64,000 nt of DNA from Parcubacteria group bacterium CG08_land_8_20_14_0_20_48_21. GTDB taxonomy: Bacteria; Patescibacteriota; Patescibacteriia; UBA1544. A model generated the notes under the pieces. The model was not told the DNA's origin, made no database searches, and was given only the letters and a program-made list of their open reading frames with translations. How positions within the stretch are numbered: the stretch's first letter is position 1; the number at the start of each line of letters is the position of its first letter. Of this stretch, positions 48,971 through 59,173 are shown piece by piece. Where the stretch lies: contig PEYJ01000011.1 of the NCBI GenBank assembly GCA_002774425.1, positions 35,915 through 99,914 of the forward strand, given 5' to 3'. Position numbers and translations under genes: made by a program.

Positions 48971-51199
48971 ATGAAACTCGTCATTGTTGAATCCCCCACA
49001 AAAGCAAAAACCATTTCCCGATTTTTGGGTAAGGGATACAAAGTGCTGTCTTCATTCGGACACGTACGGGACCTGCCCAAGAGTAAAATGGGCGTGGATG
49101 TGGAACATGCATTTGAGCCAACCTACACCATTCCCGTAAAAGCGAAAAAGATTATAACGGAGCTTAAGTCCGCCGCCAGCAAAGCAGAAGAAGTTATTCT
49201 GGCATCCGACGAAGATCGTGAAGGCGAAGCCATTGCTTGGCACCTGGTTGCAGCGCTTGGTTTGGATACAAAGAAGAAAACCGACCAAAAAATCTCGCGC
49301 ATCGTGTTTCATGAGATCACGAAAAAAGCGTTGGAAGAAGCATTGGCGCATCCGCGCATCATCAATCAAGAACTGGTGGATGCCCAGCAGGCGCGGCGCA
49401 TTTTAGATAGATTGGTCGGCTACGAACTTTCGCCTTTTCTGTGGAAAAAAGTTTCCTATGGACTTTCCGCCGGGCGCGTGCAATCCGCCGCGGTACGGTT
49501 GATCGTGGAACGCGAACGCGAGCGCGAAGCATTCAAAGCGCAGGAGTATTGGACGATACAAGCACTTTTGGCGAAGGGCGCGGATACGTTTGAGGCACAG
49601 CTTGCGAAAAAAGACGGCACAACGCTGGACAAGTTCGCGCTCGGCACACAAAAGGACGCGGAAGCAATCGTCCAGAATCTCCAAAGCGCATCCTACATCA
49701 TTGCGGATGTTACGAAAAAAACCGCCAACAAAAAACCTCCAACTCCCTTAACCACATCGCTCCTCCAGCAGGAAGCCGGTAACAAGCTCGGGTTTTCCGC
49801 AAAGCAGACCATGCGCTTGGCGCAGCAACTCTATGAAGGTGTGGAAATTCCGGGCGAAGGGCATGCGGGTTTGATAACCTACATGCGTACCGACTCGCTT
49901 AATTTAAGTAATGACGCGGTAGCCCTCATGCGCGATTTTATTGAAAAAGATTACGGCAAGGACTATCTTCCCGAAAAACCCCGTTTTTACAAATCAAAGA
50001 GCAAGGGCGCGCAAGAAGCGCATGAGGCCATTCGCCCGACTGACGCGACCAGAACGCCGGACAACTTAAAAAGCGCGCTGGATGCGCGACAGTGGAAGCT
50101 CTATCATCTTATATGGAGCCGCGCGCTTGCGAGCCAAATGGCGGATGCGGTATACGACCAGACGAGCGTCGCCATTGACGCGAAATCCGCGGACACGGTG
50201 TATGGATTGAAGGCAAACGGCTCCCTGCGTACGTTTGACGGTTTTCAAAAAGTGTATGTGAGCAAGACCGAAGAAAAGACGTTGCCACGCTTAACGCAAG
50301 GTGATGTACTCACCGCGGAAAAACTGGAACCCGAGCAGCACTTCACCGAACCCCCCGCGCGCTACTCCGAAGCGACGCTCGTCAAAGCTCTGGAAGAACA
50401 CGGTATCGGCCGCCCTTCCACCTACGCACCTACCATCTCCACCGTTCAGGATCGCAACTACGTTGCGAAAGACGACGCGAAACGCCTGTATCCAACCGAC
50501 ATCGGCAAACTCGTCAACGACATTTTGGTGGAACATTTTAAAGATATTGTGGACATTGACTTTACCGCGGAGATGGAGGAGAAGTTTGATTGCATCGCGC
50601 GCGGCGAGTGCGCATGGCGTCCGACCTTGCAAGAATTTTATACACCCTTTAAAGCGAATCTTGTGCAAAAAGAAGCAACACTCACCAAAAAAGAATTGAC
50701 CGAACAAAAGACTGACGAGGTATGCGACAAGTGCGGCAAGCCGATGGTGATTAAAACGGGACGCTTCGGGCAGTTTCTTGCCTGCACCGGCTACCCGGAG
50801 TGCAAAAACACGAAGCCGTTGGGTGGCGCGGAACAAAAATCGGAAGAAATGTTGGAAGATAAAAAATGTCCCGAGTGCGGCAAGCCCATGGCGGTCAAAC
50901 ACGGACGCTACGGAAAATTTTTGGGTTGTTCCGGCTATCCTGATTGTACATATATTGAAAAGATAGAAAAGAAAACGGGTGTTACCTGTCCCAAGTGCTC
51001 GACAGGCGATATGGTGGAACGACGCACCCGCGCGGGTAAAACGTTTTACGGCTGCAACAACTACCCCAAATGCGATTTTGCGCTGTGGTCCAAACCCACG
51101 GGCGAAAAGTGTCCCGAGTGCAGCTCGCTTCTCGTCTTCGCCGCCAAGGACACGGTTAAGTGCAGTAACAAAGAGTGCGGGTTTGAGAAAAAATCATAA
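48971..51199 (+). CDS. topA: DNA topoisomerase I
   Basis: 742 aa. TOPRIM domain MKLVIVESPTKAKTI, active-site Tyr region YMRTDS and three C-terminal C4 zinc ribbons. Confidence 0.95.
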   Translation: MKLVIVESPTKAKTISRFLGKGYKVLSSFGHVRDLPKSKMGVDVEHAFEPTYTIPVKAKKIITELKSAASKAEEVILASDEDREGEAIAWHLVAALGLDTKKKTDQKISRIVFHEITKKALEEALAHPRIINQELVDAQQARRILDRLVGYELSPFLWKKVSYGLSAGRVQSAAVRLIVEREREREAFKAQEYWTIQALLAKGADTFEAQLAKKDGTTLDKFALGTQKDAEAIVQNLQSASYIIADVTKKTANKKPPTPLTTSLLQQEAGNKLGFSAKQTMRLAQQLYEGVEIPGEGHAGLITYMRTDSLNLSNDAVALMRDFIEKDYGKDYLPEKPRFYKSKSKGAQEAHEAIRPTDATRTPDNLKSALDARQWKLYHLIWSRALASQMADAVYDQTSVAIDAKSADTVYGLKANGSLRTFDGFQKVYVSKTEEKTLPRLTQGDVLTAEKLEPEQHFTEPPARYSEATLVKALEEHGIGRPSTYAPTISTVQDRNYVAKDDAKRLYPTDIGKLVNDILVEHFKDIVDIDFTAEMEEKFDCIARGECAWRPTLQEFYTPFKANLVQKEATLTKKELTEQKTDEVCDKCGKPMVIKTGRFGQFLACTGYPECKNTKPLGGAEQKSEEMLEDKKCPECGKPMAVKHGRYGKFLGCSGYPDCTYIEKIEKKTGVTCPKCSTGDMVERRTRAGKTFYGCNNYPKCDFALWSKPTGEKCPECSSLLVFAAKDTVKCSNKECGFEKKS

Positions 51200-51364
51200 G
51201 TATGCATAGTATGGAAGTAGTATAATAAAAAGGAACTGCCCTATCACCTGCAAGAGTAACGGTAAAGATAAAGTTCGAGATGCCAGATTCCCGACTCTCG
51301 CGAGAATATACTAGCTATCATTTTTCATCCGCTTACTGACCTGGAATTTCTTACTTCCCTTATT

Positions 51365-52813
51365 GTGCCTTTAACCCAAGCAAAAAACACGTTGGAGAAT
51401 CTGCTTGAGGAACTCAAGAACAATCCCAATCCGATTGACGAGGAGTTGGTTCAGCTTGCTTATGTATTCGCATCAGCCGCTCACGAAGGACAGGTACGCA
51501 AATCCGGCAAACCCTACATCACGCATCCGTTGGCAACTGCCTTGACGCTTGCACGCATGCGACTTGATCAGCCGACTATTATCGCGGGCCTGCTCCATGA
51601 CGTTCCGGAAGAAACGCCAGTAACTTTACAAGAAATTAAAAAAAATTTCGGAGCCGAAGTCGCGCAACTCGTGGAAGGTATCACTAAGCTCGGAACGCTC
51701 AAATACCGCGGTATTGAACGTTATGCGGAAAATCTCCGGAAAATGTTCGTCGCCATGGCTCAGGACATTCGGGTAATTCTCATTAAATTCGCCGACCGCT
51801 TGCATAACCTGCGCACGCTGGAACACCTGCCAAAAGAAAAACGAGAGCGTATTGCGCACGAGACTCTGGAAATTTACGCACCGATCGCCAACCGTTTGGG
51901 CATTTGGGAAATGCAAGGGATATTGGAAGATCTGTCATTCAAGTACACCAATCCCGAAGACTACGAATGGCTGCGCACGTCCACGACACACCGCTACGAG
52001 CAAAAGCTCGCGTATGTCGCAAAACTGCAAAAAATTCTGGAAAAAGAGATGCTCAAGCAAGGAATGGCCTATACGATAGTTTATGGTCGCCCGAAGCGCC
52101 TCTACAGCCTCTACAAAAAGCTGCTGCGCAAAAACAAAGATTTTGACAAAGTGTATGACCTTGTTGCGTTGCGCATTATCGTCCCGGCGGTTGCCGATTG
52201 CTACACGGTACTTGGCATCGTACACGGGTTATGGCCTCCCTTGCCCGAGCGCTTAAAGGACTACATCGCCATGCCTAAGCCCAATGGCTACAGGTCGCTG
52301 CATACCACGGTATTCGGTCCTGACGGGGAAAGGGTTGAGGTGCAAATTCGTACGGAGGACATGAATGCCCAGGCGGAATTTGGTATCGCGGCGCACTGGG
52401 TATACAAAGAAAAAGATAAGCGACAACAAAAGCGAGAGTTGCAGTGGATTCAAGAGCTTGTTACCTGGCAAAAAGAAATCGCGGACAATACCGAGTACGT
52501 TAAAAAACTGCGGAATATTGATATTTTTTCTGAACATATTTTCGTCTTCACACCCAAAGGAGACGTTATTGACTTGCCTGACGGGGCAACCGTGATTGAT
52601 TTTGCTTATACAATCCACACGGACATCGGCAACCAGGCAACCGGTTCTTTGGTCAACGAAAAAATGGTAAGTTTGGACACGGTGCTGCAGGACGGTGACG
52701 TCATTGAGATTATCCGCGACAAGAACCGCAAGTACCCCAACCGCGACTGGCTGGAATTCGCTAAAACCGGAATCGCGCGCAGTAAGATCCGCGCACTCGC
52801 AAAACCGTTTTAA
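51365..52813 (+). CDS. rel: bifunctional (p)ppGpp synthetase/hydrolase, short form (HD + synthetase + TGS; no ACT)
   Basis: HD motif HPLATALTLA...HDVPEET, synthetase YRSLHTTV and RTEDM, and a C-terminal TGS beta-grasp domain. 482 aa. Confidence 0.8.
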   Translation: MPLTQAKNTLENLLEELKNNPNPIDEELVQLAYVFASAAHEGQVRKSGKPYITHPLATALTLARMRLDQPTIIAGLLHDVPEETPVTLQEIKKNFGAEVAQLVEGITKLGTLKYRGIERYAENLRKMFVAMAQDIRVILIKFADRLHNLRTLEHLPKEKRERIAHETLEIYAPIANRLGIWEMQGILEDLSFKYTNPEDYEWLRTSTTHRYEQKLAYVAKLQKILEKEMLKQGMAYTIVYGRPKRLYSLYKKLLRKNKDFDKVYDLVALRIIVPAVADCYTVLGIVHGLWPPLPERLKDYIAMPKPNGYRSLHTTVFGPDGERVEVQIRTEDMNAQAEFGIAAHWVYKEKDKRQQKRELQWIQELVTWQKEIADNTEYVKKLRNIDIFSEHIFVFTPKGDVIDLPDGATVIDFAYTIHTDIGNQATGSLVNEKMVSLDTVLQDGDVIEIIRDKNRKYPNRDWLEFAKTGIARSKIRALAKPF

Positions 52814-52881
52814 CATAGAGTATATGGATCGCAGGTATGGATTTGTATTTTAACCACAGATGTATAAGTCCACCCATTTTT

Positions 52882-53320
52882 TCAGTCTTCAGGCAGATTA
52901 ATCTTGTAATGATTTGATTGTAGCATGAACTCTAACGGAGAGTATTTGTTCTTGAACGCGTGATGAACTCTCTTTGTATTGTAAAACTCTAAATATGAGC
53001 GGAATTTGGTATTGAAAGCAGTGATATTGTTGAATAGGTCATCTATATTGTAATCAATGAACTCTTCCTGCAATGTTCGGTTTAACCTTTCGCGGTGAGC
53101 GTTCATCTTTGGAGTCTTAGGATAGGTATGAAAATGAGTAATTGATTTCTGGCTGTGTGGACACAGCATGGCCACGTAGGACAGCTCCAGATCCTTGTTG
53201 TGTATTGGCAGTATCACCTTAGGCGTTCTTCTTTGATTGTTTTTGGCATATTTATACTCATTTCCCAAAGCTAACGCTTTGGGGCAAAAACCGCCATATG
53301 TGTGTGGACATTGCCTTTGG
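52882..53320 (-). pseudogene. IS481/IS3-family transposase fragment (integrase-core C-terminal remnant)
   Basis: ...HFHTYPKTPKMNAHRERLNRTLQEEF...YLEFYNTKRVHHAFKNKYSPLEF matches rve C-terminus. The upstream catalytic D residues are missing. Local GC is ~35%. Confidence 0.55.
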
Positions 53321-53323
53321 TTG

Positions 53324-53352
53324 TTGACACGAATCGGTTTTTCAGCTATACT
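53324..53352 (+). promoter_or_regulatory. perfect consensus sigma-70 promoter for secG
   Basis: TTGACA, a 17 nt spacer, then TATACT, 20 nt upstream of the secG ATG. Confidence 0.55.
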
Positions 53353-53371
53353 GGGACTTGTTATTGTTTTT

Positions 53372-53590
53372 ATGTTACACGTACTCCAAATCGTTGAAAT
53401 TATTCTCTCCATCCTCCTTATAACCGCTATTCTCTTGCAAAATCAAGGATCGGGTTTGGGAGGTGCATTTGGCGGCGAGGGTAACGTCTATCGTACAAAA
53501 CGCGGTCTTGAAAAAAGACTCTTTCAAGCTACAATCGGGCTTGCAGTCCTCTTTTTCGGTATGGCAATCGCCGCCATATTTCTTAGTTAA
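53372..53590 (+). CDS. secG: preprotein translocase subunit SecG
   Basis: Start set at MLHVLQIV.... LLQNQGSGLGGAFGG and a second transmembrane helix. Confidence 0.8.
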   Translation: MLHVLQIVEIILSILLITAILLQNQGSGLGGAFGGEGNVYRTKRGLEKRLFQATIGLAVLFFGMAIAAIFLS

Positions 53591-53642
53591 TGTGCGAAGG
53601 ATCATACGATAAGCGGGTATATCCGCGAATTTCTTACGCGTT

Positions 53643-55700
53643 GTGACACCTATCAACTCTTTTTCATTTCGTCAAAAAGACGGCACTGCTCCCGCTGCAA
53701 CAGAAGATCCCGGGGGAGAAGAATCAACGACACCGCGCATGCTACGAGGCATAGTAACACGGCTGCAGTATTTTTTTGCAATACGCAAGGAACGCAAGAT
53801 GCTCGCGCGTACAGCGCATATTGATCGGACGCTGATACGTAGGCTACGATCTCGCGCACTTCCCCATGCAAACCAACTTCGCTATTTTTCAACCACGTTA
53901 TCCGGGAAAGAGCGCCCACTCCTCAAACTGGGCATGTTGCTCATACTGGCGGGCGTGGGCATCATCACTTTTCGTTACATAGCCGCACATGTGGATCGCG
54001 TACCAAAGGTTGGAGGAAGATATACGGAAGCAATTGTTGGTCTACCCCAGTTCATCAATCCGATTTTGGAAACGAGCGATGCCGACAAGGACATTTCTTC
54101 GCTTATTTTTTCCGGTCTTCTCGCCTATGATGTCCACGGCGAACTCACTCCCGACTTGGCACGTGATTACACGGTAAGTGAAGATGGCAAAGTATATACG
54201 TTTGCGCTGCGCAACGATGTCGTATGGCACGACGGTCAGCCCTTCACTGCCGACGATGTCCTATTCACGATTGAGAGCATGCAAGATCCGCTCTATAAAA
54301 GTCCCCGCACGTTTAGCTTCCGCGGAATTACGGTTAAAAAACTTGACGACTTCACCGTACAATTCACACTTGAAGAGCCGTTTGCTCCCTTCATCACACT
54401 TTTGAGCATCGGGGTTATTCCGAAGCACATCTGGGAACATATTGCCCCCGAAAATACAGCACTCGCACGGGCAAACATTCAGCCTATAGGTACAGGGCCA
54501 TATCGCGCGCTCACCTTCACCCTCGGTGAAGACGGTACTATCCGCGACTACACGCTTTCCCGCAGTCAGGTATATTATGGAACGGCGCCATATATTGATA
54601 AGTTGGTATTCAAATTCTACCCGTCTTTTGAAGAAGCAATTGCGGCAGTTAAGCAGAGAAGCGTTGAAGGAGTAAGTTTTGTGCCACAGCGTCTTAAATC
54701 AAGCATCACGGCCGGAAAATATTTGGTTTTTCACACTTTCCAGCTCCCCCAGTACACTGCACTATTCTTTAACCAGGAACAACAAAAAATACTTGCCGAT
54801 AAGAACTTGCGCATCGGACTCGCACATGCAATTGATAAAGATCGTATGTTACGCGAAGCGGTCGCGGGCGAAGGTCAAGTCATTCACTCACCGATACTGC
54901 CCGGTTATGTAGGATACGATCCTTCGCTTGAGGGACACGCATACGATGTTCCTATGGCCGAGGCATTCCTTGACAAAACGGAGTGGAAGCGCATGGAAAA
55001 AGAAGGTTACGCCGCTCTCGTGGAAGCGCAGCACATCAAAGAACAGGAAAATCTCGCAAAAACTATCAATGCTGCTGCACAACCGCCCGAGGGAACGACA
55101 ACGGAAGCGTTGGCATCAACCACCCAACCCCTAGTCAAGGAGCCCCTGCCTGACGTGCCGTACTTGAGAGTCAATAAAGATGGCAAGCCGCTGGTGCTGA
55201 CGCTGACTTTGATTGATACCCCCATCAACGAAAATATTGCATACCTCTTAAAAGATATGTGGGGTGCGGTAGGTATACAGCTGGAAATTCGTTCTATAGC
55301 GGCAAATGCGATACGGCGCGAAATACTGCGTCCGCGCGATTATGAGATACTCCTCATAGATGAAGTGGTAGGCTTTGACCCTGATCCTTATGTGTTCTGG
55401 CACTCAAATCAAACGGAACATCCCGGACTAAATTTCGCGAAGCTTGCCAATCGGCACGTGGACGAACTCTTAGAACAAGCCCGGCAAACGAATGATCGGA
55501 CCATACGCGCCGAAAAGTACCAAGAATTCCAAAAGTTACTCATAGGTGAATTACCGGCAATTTTCCTCTACACACCAACGTATACCTATCTCACGAGCAG
55601 CAATCTGGAGGGTATTGCCGTTGAGCGCGTTACTATACCGGCAAATCGCTTCTCGGGCATTGCCAACTGGTACGTAAAAACCCAGTGGGTGTGGAAATAA
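53643..55700 (+). CDS. ABC transporter substrate-binding protein, family 5 (peptide/nickel type), N-terminally membrane-anchored
   Basis: SBP_bac_5-like core ...DGKVYTFALRNDVVWHDGQPFTADDV.... Transmembrane segment LLKLGMLLILAGVGIITF. No adjacent permease or ATPase genes. Confidence 0.75.
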   Translation: MTPINSFSFRQKDGTAPAATEDPGGEESTTPRMLRGIVTRLQYFFAIRKERKMLARTAHIDRTLIRRLRSRALPHANQLRYFSTTLSGKERPLLKLGMLLILAGVGIITFRYIAAHVDRVPKVGGRYTEAIVGLPQFINPILETSDADKDISSLIFSGLLAYDVHGELTPDLARDYTVSEDGKVYTFALRNDVVWHDGQPFTADDVLFTIESMQDPLYKSPRTFSFRGITVKKLDDFTVQFTLEEPFAPFITLLSIGVIPKHIWEHIAPENTALARANIQPIGTGPYRALTFTLGEDGTIRDYTLSRSQVYYGTAPYIDKLVFKFYPSFEEAIAAVKQRSVEGVSFVPQRLKSSITAGKYLVFHTFQLPQYTALFFNQEQQKILADKNLRIGLAHAIDKDRMLREAVAGEGQVIHSPILPGYVGYDPSLEGHAYDVPMAEAFLDKTEWKRMEKEGYAALVEAQHIKEQENLAKTINAAAQPPEGTTTEALASTTQPLVKEPLPDVPYLRVNKDGKPLVLTLTLIDTPINENIAYLLKDMWGAVGIQLEIRSIAANAIRREILRPRDYEILLIDEVVGFDPDPYVFWHSNQTEHPGLNFAKLANRHVDELLEQARQTNDRTIRAEKYQEFQKLLIGELPAIFLYTPTYTYLTSSNLEGIAVERVTIPANRFSGIANWYVKTQWVWK

Positions 55701-55785
55701 TACACAAGTAAGCTGGGAGGGAACAAGGGTAGCACCTACCGCAAGCACAAACTTCATACTTCATGCTCCGTACTTCTTGTACCTT

Positions 55786-55872
55786 GCCGCAGTGGTGGAA
55801 CTGGTAGACACGCAGCGTTCAGGGCGCTGTGACTTTCGGGTCGTGAGAGTTCAAATCTCTCCTGCGGTACCA
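55786..55872 (+). tRNA. tRNA-Leu (anticodon CAG)
   Basis: Manual fold: acceptor GCCGCAG/CTGCGGT, D-arm with GG, anticodon loop TTCAGGG, long variable arm, T-loop TTCAAAT, encoded CCA. Confidence 0.85.
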
Positions 55873-56104
55873 TCCTTCGCCAAAACTTCAGAGTAGCCAG
55901 CCATTTTTGCGAACGATAAGATGTCTATGCGGAGTAAAGCCGAAAGGCATTCCCCATCAATAACCTCTACTATGTATCCTCCTATTTATTTATCTACGTA
56001 ATAATAACGCAACCTATCTTACAATTTTTAATGTACACTTCTTAAAGTATTTTTGCTTTTTGTTGCTGGAGTTAGTTGTAAGCATAAAGTTCAGCGTACG
56101 TTCT

Positions 56105-57928
56105 ATGGAACAAACTTATAAACCTCACTTAAAACGCCCCCAAAAGAATCCTTCGGGGGATCATGTACCGCGAACTCGCGGTGAAAGAAACGGCCGTAAA
56201 AAATCGTTTACCGTGAAACGAGAGAAAAAAGACGAGCCGCAAAAATACACTAAAACCGGACCGGAAAACAAGCTCAAAATCATTGTACTCGGAGGCTGCG
56301 AAGAAGTCGGCCGCAATATGACGCTTTTGGAATACGGAAACGACATCATCCTCATTGACATGGGTCTGCAGTTCCCAGAAGAAGATATGCCGGGCATTGA
56401 CTACATTATTCCCAATATTGAGTACTTGCAGGGCAAAGAAAAAAATATCCGTGCCGTCATCATCACCCATGGCCACTACGACCACATCGGCGCAATTCCG
56501 CACTTGATGCCCAAATTGGGCAATCCCCCCCTCTACACGACAAGGCTCGCATTGGGTATCATTCAAAAGCGACAGGAAGATTTTTCTCGCGGTCTGCCAT
56601 TTCCCGCAACAGCAATTGATATTGAGAAAGGCCAGCTCCAGTTGGGTGTCTTCCGCGTGGAATTTTTTCGCGTGGATCACAACATCCCTGATAGCATGGG
56701 GTTGATTGTACACACGCCGGAAGGCATCGTGGTGCATACGGGCGACTTTAAAATCGACCACAATCCATCTGGTGTGGCGGGAGATATCGCTAAAATCGCA
56801 AAATTGCATGACCAGAACGTATTGGTGCTGATGAGTGATTCCACGAATGCGCAAATGCCGGGTTTCCAAATTTCGGAAAAGGAAATTAAAGGAACACTTG
56901 AGCAAATCCTCCTTACCGCCAAGGGGAGAATTATCATCGGCACTTTTGCCTCCATGCTCAACCGCATCAAGCAAGTGATAGAAATTGCCGAAAAAACAGG
57001 CCACAAGGTGCTGATTGAAGGCTACAGCATGAAAAATAATGTGGAGATTGCGCGCAATCTCGGCTACATGCAACTACCGCGCGGCGTAGTGCTGGATAAC
57101 GTCAATCAGGCTTTGGGCATCCCAAAAAACAAGCTCATCATCATTTGCACCGGCGCGCAAGGTGAAGATAAGGCGGCGCTCATGCGTATTGCCAATCGCG
57201 AGCATCGCTACTTCGCCATTGAAGCGGGTGATACGATTATCTTCTCTTCTTCGGTTATTCCGGGAAATGAACGCACGGTTCAGCGACTCAAAGACACGCT
57301 TTACCGCGAGGGCGCGAAAGTCATTCACTACCAAATGATGGATATTCACGCGGGAGGCCATGCCAAGCAGGAAGATCTGAAACTCATACTGCGCCTCGTC
57401 AATCCCCGCTTCTTCATGCCCATTGAAGGCAATCACTATTTCCTCAAAATTCATGCGGAGTTGGCCGAATCCATCGGCATGGACCCTAAAAATATTTTTG
57501 TGGCGGATAACGGTCAGGTGGTTGAATTCCAGGGAGGTAAAGGCAAGCTCACAAACAAAAAAGTCCCTGCAGATTACGTCTTTGTTGACGGGCTGGGGGT
57601 TGGAGATGTGAGTAATATCGTGCTTCGCGACAGACGCACGATGGCGGAAGACGGCATGTGCGTCATCATCGCAACTATTGACGCGAGATCCGGTGCGCTC
57701 ATTGGCTCACCCGATATTATTTCCCGAGGTTTCATCTACCTCAAAGAAAATAAAGAAATTATTGATCAAACCCGCGAAAAAGTAAAAAATATTTTGCGGA
57801 CGCACGATCCGAAAGCGGCGGCAAACGATACGTATATCAAGAACAAAATCCGCGATGATATCGGGCAATTTCTCTTCTCCAAAACAAATCGCCGACCGAT
57901 GATTCTGCCAGTGGTCATTGAAGTATAA
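56105..57928 (+). CDS. rnj: ribonuclease J
   Basis: Start at MEQTYKPHL.... Basic N-terminal tail, metallo-beta-lactamase HGHYDH and a beta-CASP domain. Confidence 0.85.
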   Translation: MEQTYKPHLKRPQKNPSGDHVPRTRGERNGRKKSFTVKREKKDEPQKYTKTGPENKLKIIVLGGCEEVGRNMTLLEYGNDIILIDMGLQFPEEDMPGIDYIIPNIEYLQGKEKNIRAVIITHGHYDHIGAIPHLMPKLGNPPLYTTRLALGIIQKRQEDFSRGLPFPATAIDIEKGQLQLGVFRVEFFRVDHNIPDSMGLIVHTPEGIVVHTGDFKIDHNPSGVAGDIAKIAKLHDQNVLVLMSDSTNAQMPGFQISEKEIKGTLEQILLTAKGRIIIGTFASMLNRIKQVIEIAEKTGHKVLIEGYSMKNNVEIARNLGYMQLPRGVVLDNVNQALGIPKNKLIIICTGAQGEDKAALMRIANREHRYFAIEAGDTIIFSSSVIPGNERTVQRLKDTLYREGAKVIHYQMMDIHAGGHAKQEDLKLILRLVNPRFFMPIEGNHYFLKIHAELAESIGMDPKNIFVADNGQVVEFQGGKGKLTNKKVPADYVFVDGLGVGDVSNIVLRDRRTMAEDGMCVIIATIDARSGALIGSPDIISRGFIYLKENKEIIDQTREKVKNILRTHDPKAAANDTYIKNKIRDDIGQFLFSKTNRRPMILPVVIEV

Positions 57929-58037
57929 AACGTGCAAAACATACGACGCGGCAGGATAACTGCCGCGTTTTATATTTGCAAAGATTTGCAAAAAATCCCG
58001 TAAAAAGGTACACTACGTGCGTAGTAATCGAAAGCCT

Positions 58038-59036
58038 ATGCCCTCAAATAAAGAAATTATCATTAGTGGCATTAAGCCAACTGGCCGCCTTCATATCGGA
58101 AATTATCTGGGTGCGATTAAGCAATGGGTAGAGCTGCAACACTCCCATACATGCTATTTTTTTATAGCGGATTGGCACTCAATGACCGACGTCTACGACC
58201 CCAAAACCCGCTATCAAGAGGTTCTTGACATGGCCGCGTCATTGCTTGCGCTTGGCATTGACACCGATGCAAGCACGCTCTTCGTACAATCTCGCGTGCT
58301 GGAACACACGGAGCTTTGTTGGATATTCAATACTATTACGCCAATGGCGTATGCGGAACGCATGACCCAATACAAGGATCAAGCTCAGGCGCAAAAGAAA
58401 AACGTAAATGTGGGTCTGTTTGATTATCCGGTGCTTCAGGCCGCGGATATTCTCATATACAAAGCTACAGCCGTACCTGTAGGCAAAGACCAAGTACAGC
58501 ACGTGGAGCTGACACGCGACATCGCGCGGTTTTTCAATAGTCGCTTCGGAAAAACTTTTTCCGAACCAAAAGCGCTCTTAACCGCAACCGAGAAAGTCAT
58601 GAGTCCCTTGGACCCCGAAAAAAAGAAGATGAGTAAGTCCCTAGGTGATGCTCACTGCCTCTATCTGGATGATGCACCGGGGGCGTTGCAACAAAAATTA
58701 CGCCGCGTGGTAACCGATACCGGACCATCCGGAAAAGGAAGAAAATCTCCCGGCGTTGAAAATCTTTTTGCGCTCCTTAATATATTTGGTAGTATAGCAC
58801 GTGTGCAAGCGTTTGAACTCGCATATGCGGAGGGAACAATACGCTATGCGGAACTTAAAAATGCCGTTGCAGACGCTATCGCATCTTCTTTTGCGGAATT
58901 TCGCAAGAAAAAAGAAAAGATTCTCGCCGATACCGTTTCGCTTGAACGGCTACTGGAGCAAGGCGCGGTACGCGCACAAAAAATCGCCCGAGATACTATG
59001 CGGGAGGTTCGAAAAAAAACGGGCTTGAGTAACTAA
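58038..59036 (+). CDS. trpS: tryptophan--tRNA ligase
   Basis: HIGN (a HIGH variant) in SGIKPTGRLHIGNYLGA; KMSKS present. Confidence 0.9.
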   Translation: MPSNKEIIISGIKPTGRLHIGNYLGAIKQWVELQHSHTCYFFIADWHSMTDVYDPKTRYQEVLDMAASLLALGIDTDASTLFVQSRVLEHTELCWIFNTITPMAYAERMTQYKDQAQAQKKNVNVGLFDYPVLQAADILIYKATAVPVGKDQVQHVELTRDIARFFNSRFGKTFSEPKALLTATEKVMSPLDPEKKKMSKSLGDAHCLYLDDAPGALQQKLRRVVTDTGPSGKGRKSPGVENLFALLNIFGSIARVQAFELAYAEGTIRYAELKNAVADAIASSFAEFRKKKEKILADTVSLERLLEQGAVRAQKIARDTMREVRKKTGLSN

Positions 59037-59173
59037 TGTATACTGAGTCGACATACACTAAGCACGAAATCATCAATACTCCACAACAGCAGTTTCCAAA
59101 TCCAAAAAAGTAGCCGGGTTTTTGAAAAAATGCGTATGGTGCATTTCTTCATGAGAATCTAGCATTTCATGTT

